DNA from: a virus
Taxonomy: Duplodnaviria > Caudoviricetes
Reading direction: 5' to 3' (one strand)
IMG/VR virus record: IMGVR_UViG_3300011336_000364
Location: 1-62,237 of that record
Length of the DNA stretch: 62,237 nt
How positions within the stretch are numbered: the first letter of the stretch is position 1; every line of letters begins with the position of its first letter. This document shows positions 57,795-62,237 of the stretch, one piece after another. Position numbers and translations under genes: made by a program. The notes under the pieces were generated by a model, which worked only from the letters and a program-made list of their open reading frames with translations, was not told the origin of the DNA and ran no database searches.

Positions 57795-60037
57795 GTATGC
57801 CACCCATGGATCCAAATGCCCCTCAAGGCGCACAAATGCCAATTGATCCACGCATTATTCAGCGTATGTTACCAATGGCAATGCGACCGAATAACGTGCG
57901 TGTAACGGCGTTTAAGAAGCCTTCTAACGCTGGCACGGTTGGATCGCAGCCATTAAAGAATCCATCACTTACAGATCCTGATAACTTAAAGATTGATCAA
58001 GAAAAGAAAGACTGGAAAGTTTCTCCTAAAGATCAACCTGATGAATCACGTCGAATTAACGACTTTGTAAAAACACAGTTTGACACTGCTTATCGCGCAC
58101 GTTCCGAGATGGAAATTGAATGGGCAATGGCAACTGCGTTTTTTGAGGGACGTCAATGGTTTAGGATTAATAGCCAGACACGTAACTTGGTGCAGTTACA
58201 AAATCCAAATGAACCAAACCGTTATATGACGGTTAATAAGATCAGGCCGTTAATTGACGGTGTCGTTGGCAAACTTACTCAATGTAGTCCAGATGCAGAT
58301 GCTGTCCCGTTAAGTGAGAGCCAACAAGATATTGCTGCTGCTGATGAAGCTAACTTTTTAGTTAGTCATTACAACCGCAAATTTAAACGTGAGACACAGT
58401 TAAAAGAACGTGTTCGCTGGGCGTGTGTAACTGGCACAAGCTTTGTAAAAATATTTTGGGATTCCCGCAAGACGCAGATTGTTCCTCAGTTTGCATCCGA
58501 CGGACAGCAAGTAATTGGACACAAAGAACTTGCTGTAGGTGACGTTGTAGAGCAGATCATCCCATGCTTCGATGTTTATATGGATCCATCAGCTAAGCGT
58601 GACGATGAAGTGCGCTGGATGATTCATGCCATGATTAAACCTTTGTCATGGTTTGTAGACTCATATGGCGATATAGGCAAGCTGGTTAATGCTGATGCCG
58701 TAATGGGTCACAGTAGTGGTTATATCGACAGTTACTTAGAAGGTGCTAATGGTAGTGGTAAAGGATGGGTTCCACCATCTGTTGCCCGTATGAATAACTA
58801 CGACACACGTAAGCAGTCCGCTGTTGTTTACGAGTACTGGGAAAAACCAACTCAGCTTTATCCTGATGGTCGTTACATTGTGTGTTCTAACAACACGTTG
58901 CTTTATGCTGGAGTATGGCCTTACAAAAAGAAGGACTCGTTTCCGTTTATTCCATTGCGCTGGCAGCCTCGTGCAGGAACGCCATTTGGATACAGCCTTG
59001 GCTTTGACTTGTGCGGTTTACAGCAATCCTATAATCGTATCTATTCAAGGTTAATGGAGCAGTTTGAAAGCCAGAAAGACTACATCTTAGTAGAGCGCCT
59101 AAGCAACGTTGGCGCAGATGCATACAACAACACATCAGACGAGATTGAAGACAAGAACCGTATTTACCGTAAGGTTTATTACAACCGGGGTTCACAGCCA
59201 CCATCAATTCAGCGAGCACCGGGAGTTGGTGGAGATTTATTCCCACTGCTTCAGATGTTTGAAAAAGACATGATGGACATTGCTGGTTTGCACGATGTAA
59301 GCCAAGGCATGGCTAGTGCTGGCACTCCTGCGGAATCCGTTCGGTTATTGCAACGTGCCGACAACACGCAGCATAGTTTCATTAGGGCTGACATTGAAAT
59401 TAGTTCAGCAATGATCAAGGAATGGGAAGTGTCCCTTGTTGAGCAATTTGCCATTGTTCCATTTGTTGGAAACATGGAAGGCGGAATGCTTCCATCAGAC
59501 CAGATTAAACAAGGTGTCATGCGATTTGATGCTATCCGTAATGGTGGTCAGTTCCGGATTGTTTACATACCGGGATCATCAATGGAAGACGGACCAGAAC
59601 AGAAATTACAGAAGTATGCTGCCTTAAGGCAAATGGGTATCTTTGGCGATCCAGCTGATCCAGCAACTAATAAGTTGTTCGTCGAACTGGTAATGATGCC
59701 TGAGACATCTAAGATCCTAAAGCACCTTGATGAGCAAGCGCAGAAAATGGCGCAGATGCAACAAGAACAAGCAGCAATGATGCAGCAACAAATGGCTGCT
59801 CAGCAACAACCACCACCAGCTCCGGGGTCTGACTTTAATCCAGAAGTTGAACAAGCCAAGGCCGAGATCGAGCTGAATAAAAAGGTGGGAGAAATTAAAG
59901 CAAAACTAGAAGCCGATATTGCACTTGAAACGGCTAAGGCTGGTATTGCTAGTTCAGTGGAAGATGACAAAGTCTATTCCGCGCAAACCGCTAGTTTGAC
60001 ATCTAGCGGACCAATGAAAAATGGAGATAATATGTAA
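57791..60037 (+). CDS. Portal protein (P22-like)
   Basis: FFEGRQW, VNKIRPLID, DIAGLHDVSQG, Gln-rich C-terminal barrel; between TerL and scaffold. Confidence 0.85.
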   Translation: MSMPPMDPNAPQGAQMPIDPRIIQRMLPMAMRPNNVRVTAFKKPSNAGTVGSQPLKNPSLTDPDNLKIDQEKKDWKVSPKDQPDESRRINDFVKTQFDTAYRARSEMEIEWAMATAFFEGRQWFRINSQTRNLVQLQNPNEPNRYMTVNKIRPLIDGVVGKLTQCSPDADAVPLSESQQDIAAADEANFLVSHYNRKFKRETQLKERVRWACVTGTSFVKIFWDSRKTQIVPQFASDGQQVIGHKELAVGDVVEQIIPCFDVYMDPSAKRDDEVRWMIHAMIKPLSWFVDSYGDIGKLVNADAVMGHSSGYIDSYLEGANGSGKGWVPPSVARMNNYDTRKQSAVVYEYWEKPTQLYPDGRYIVCSNNTLLYAGVWPYKKKDSFPFIPLRWQPRAGTPFGYSLGFDLCGLQQSYNRIYSRLMEQFESQKDYILVERLSNVGADAYNNTSDEIEDKNRIYRKVYYNRGSQPPSIQRAPGVGGDLFPLLQMFEKDMMDIAGLHDVSQGMASAGTPAESVRLLQRADNTQHSFIRADIEISSAMIKEWEVSLVEQFAIVPFVGNMEGGMLPSDQIKQGVMRFDAIRNGGQFRIVYIPGSSMEDGPEQKLQKYAALRQMGIFGDPADPATNKLFVELVMMPETSKILKHLDEQAQKMAQMQQEQAAMMQQQMAAQQQPPPAPGSDFNPEVEQAKAEIELNKKVGEIKAKLEADIALETAKAGIASSVEDDKVYSAQTASLTSSGPMKNGDNM

Positions 60038-60921
60038 TGTCCGATGAGATGGTGATGCGAACCACTGATTCACCAGCAGTGGCTACGGGCGATGGTTACG
60101 GTGCAGCTGATGCTTTGGTTGATTACGTACGGGATTCCGCCTCTCCCGATGATTCAGAATGGGCGTTAAACTCTGAAGACTCTGCCGATAGTGATGGTGC
60201 ATATTATGGCGAGGACGATTCATCTTATGATGTTGAAGCCGATGTTAGACAGCGGATTTACGATAACTTGTTGGGTAACGAACCTGCAGCCGTTCCATAT
60301 GAGCGGTTTCGTGAAGTAAACGAACAGGCTCGTTCGGGGCGTGAATTTCAGAACAACTATGAAAAGTGGGCTGATGTTATTTCACAACTTGAATCTCAGG
60401 GGTTTCAATCTGCAGCTGATGTTCAAGCCGCATTACAACAACAACAACTTGCTGGTCAGGAAACTGCTATTCGGCAACGATATGCAGAACTTGAAGCAGC
60501 AGAACTTTTACACCCAGAAGTAGCTCAAGCCCAAGCAGAAGCAGAAGTTCAGAAGTTTCGTTACGATCGCGTAATGAATCAAATGTCTGAGTATATGGTT
60601 TCTCAGCAACGGCAAGAAGCATTAGATGCTTACCCATATGCTCGTAGAGCACAGAATATGGTTGATGGTCTAATTCAATCTGGTATGAATCCGTACGATG
60701 CAGCAGCATTAGTACACGATAATGTTAGTGGTCTCGTTGAGTCCATTGTCCCAGAGCTTACAAGTATGATCCAGTCACGGAGTTATGCTCCAACACCAAT
60801 CGATACTTCGTATTCTAATCAGCAAGCAGTGGTTCAAGCCAATGTCCCGCAACCTCGTAGTGGAGCTTTTAGTTCTATTTCTAGATTGCTTGGTATTGGT
60901 GGTAATCCAAATTCATTGTAA
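60037..60921 (+). CDS. Capsid scaffolding protein
   Basis: Acidic N-terminus, VPYERFREVNEQ motif, coiled coil; precedes the MCP. Confidence 0.75.
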   Translation: MSDEMVMRTTDSPAVATGDGYGAADALVDYVRDSASPDDSEWALNSEDSADSDGAYYGEDDSSYDVEADVRQRIYDNLLGNEPAAVPYERFREVNEQARSGREFQNNYEKWADVISQLESQGFQSAADVQAALQQQQLAGQETAIRQRYAELEAAELLHPEVAQAQAEAEVQKFRYDRVMNQMSEYMVSQQRQEALDAYPYARRAQNMVDGLIQSGMNPYDAAALVHDNVSGLVESIVPELTSMIQSRSYAPTPIDTSYSNQQAVVQANVPQPRSGAFSSISRLLGIGGNPNSL

Positions 60922-60932
60922 GGATAAGTTAA

Positions 60933-61979
60933 ATGGCTATTGATTTTAACGGCGCTCTTACTCTTGCTGACCAAGCGATTCTGTCAAACGATCCACTGGT
61001 CAAAGAGATTACAAAGAGCCTTCACCAAACTTGGAATGCTATCAAAGATATTCCATTCTTCACGTCTCCATCGCTTAAGCAGGTTGGTGTTCGTTATTTA
61101 AACCAGAACATCCCAACCCCTAACTGGACTGGAATCAACACGGAACCAGTTGCTGTCAAGGGAAAGCCAAAGTCTTATGAAGAGGCTATGTACCTTGTTC
61201 GCAACAAGTTAACCGTTGACCATGTACTTCTTGATCAGCCAAACAACATCATCGATCCTGTTGATGCTCAGATCAAGATGTTTATGGAAGGTTTCGCGTA
61301 TGACTTTAATGATAAATATATCAATAATGATCCTACGTCTACCGCCAACGGTAGCACCCCAGATTGTTTCCCCGGATTAAAGTACCGTCTTGACAACGCA
61401 GCACAGTACGATATTCCTTCCGAAATGAATATCAATACTACGTCTGACCTCTCTCGTGGAAACCTTCTTGCAACTGCAAGTGCTACTACGGGTGCTGCAG
61501 CTGCTAACATCTTTATTGCTGATCTTCAGTTCTTACTTGACAACATGAATGCGCCGGATGGCGATGGTGTTGTTCTTTATTGTTCTGAGCATGTAAAGCG
61601 TCAGATGGAAATGGCCATCCGCGTTATGGGTATTGGTGCTGGTTTTGATATTACTCAAGACAGCTACGAGCGCCCTGTAGAAAAGTATAAGAACGCTACT
61701 GTTCGTGTTGTTGGACGTAAGTCTGACGGTACAACGCCAGTTATTAGCAACAACCAGACAATTGCTGGTGTTACTGGTACAGGTTTGGCATCTACGATTT
61801 ATGCAGTTCGTTATGGAACTGGATACGTACAGGGATGGCAGTCTGGTCCTTTCAAGCCACAGTATTTAGGCCTTTCTAAGGAAAACGGAATTATGCACAA
61901 CGTGGTCTTTGACTGGGGTGCTGGTTTATGGATTCCTCATGTCCGCGCCATTGGCCGAATTAACGCTAAGGTTAACTAA
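60933..61979 (+). CDS. Major capsid protein (BPP-1/epsilon15-like HK97 fold)
   Basis: LTLADQA...NAIKDIPF N-terminus, YINNDP...FPGLKYRL, IYAVRYG, AIGRI. Confidence 0.85.
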   Translation: MAIDFNGALTLADQAILSNDPLVKEITKSLHQTWNAIKDIPFFTSPSLKQVGVRYLNQNIPTPNWTGINTEPVAVKGKPKSYEEAMYLVRNKLTVDHVLLDQPNNIIDPVDAQIKMFMEGFAYDFNDKYINNDPTSTANGSTPDCFPGLKYRLDNAAQYDIPSEMNINTTSDLSRGNLLATASATTGAAAANIFIADLQFLLDNMNAPDGDGVVLYCSEHVKRQMEMAIRVMGIGAGFDITQDSYERPVEKYKNATVRVVGRKSDGTTPVISNNQTIAGVTGTGLASTIYAVRYGTGYVQGWQSGPFKPQYLGLSKENGIMHNVVFDWGAGLWIPHVRAIGRINAKVN

Positions 61980-61993
61980 AAAGGAGTTAAATT

Positions 61994-62237
61994 ATGGCAC
62001 GAGATTTTAAATCGTCGGTTATCTTCCCTACACAAACGGGTAGCGTAACAGCATTTGGCGTAGCAGCTACAAACCCAACGGGTGTTTTTCGTACTGGACT
62101 TAACACACTCTCGGTAACATCAAATAGTGCTGGCTCAAGTGCAGCATTTACTGCATCTACATCTGACTTTTTCTTTGTAGACGAGCAAGTTGCTGATCAG
62201 TTAGTGGTAAATAGTGTTGCTGATGGAACAAAGGGTG
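61994..62237 (+). CDS. 5' part of putative capsid cement/decoration protein (continues across the origin to 943)
   Basis: AAGGAG RBS, ATG at 61994 (MARDFKSSVIFP...), in frame with ORF 149-943 through the overlap; directly follows the MCP gene. Confidence 0.8.
   Translation, partial: MARDFKSSVIFPTQTGSVTAFGVAATNPTGVFRTGLNTLSVTSNSAGSSAAFTASTSDFFFVDEQVADQLVVNSVADGTKG
62056..62237. repeat. Terminal direct repeat (circular overlap), right copy
   Basis: Matches 1-182 with two mismatches. Confidence 0.95.

Noticed and set aside
1-62237. CRISPR array, DGR/retron reverse transcriptase, integrase, alternative genetic code
   Set aside because: No regularly spaced repeats, no RT or recombinase motifs seen; all three stop codons terminate genes normally

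Overview
This window looks like the complete, circularly permuted genome (about 62.06 kb unit length; bases 1-182 repeat at 62056-62237) of a podovirus-like dsDNA phage. I see no integrase, DNA polymerase or tape-measure gene. The + strand late arm encodes TerS (split by one in-frame TAA), TerL, portal, scaffold, a BPP-1/epsilon15-like major capsid protein, a putative cement protein, two adaptor paralogs, holin-like proteins, tail and receptor-binding proteins, three ejection proteins (one of 3759 aa with an HExxH motif) and a CHAP endolysin. The - strand arm (26842-43667) carries a lambda-type replication/recombination module (initiator, loader, DnaB, Gam-like, SSAP, VRR-NUC) and about 30 small early genes. 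A middle block has tRNA-Asn, tRNA-Leu, thyX, dut, ssb and a thermonuclease. Three patterns stand out. (1) Structured RNA elements sit between the early genes: anticodon-less tRNA-elbow mimics, a degenerate tRNA, a duplicated co-varying leader and a duplicated H-type pseudoknot. (2) A promoter motif TACCTACGGTATAAT is repeated five times. (3) Short peptide motifs are shared among the scaffold and disordered late proteins and could be capsid-cargo loading signals. All calls are by eye from motifs and synteny; no database searches or folding programs were run.
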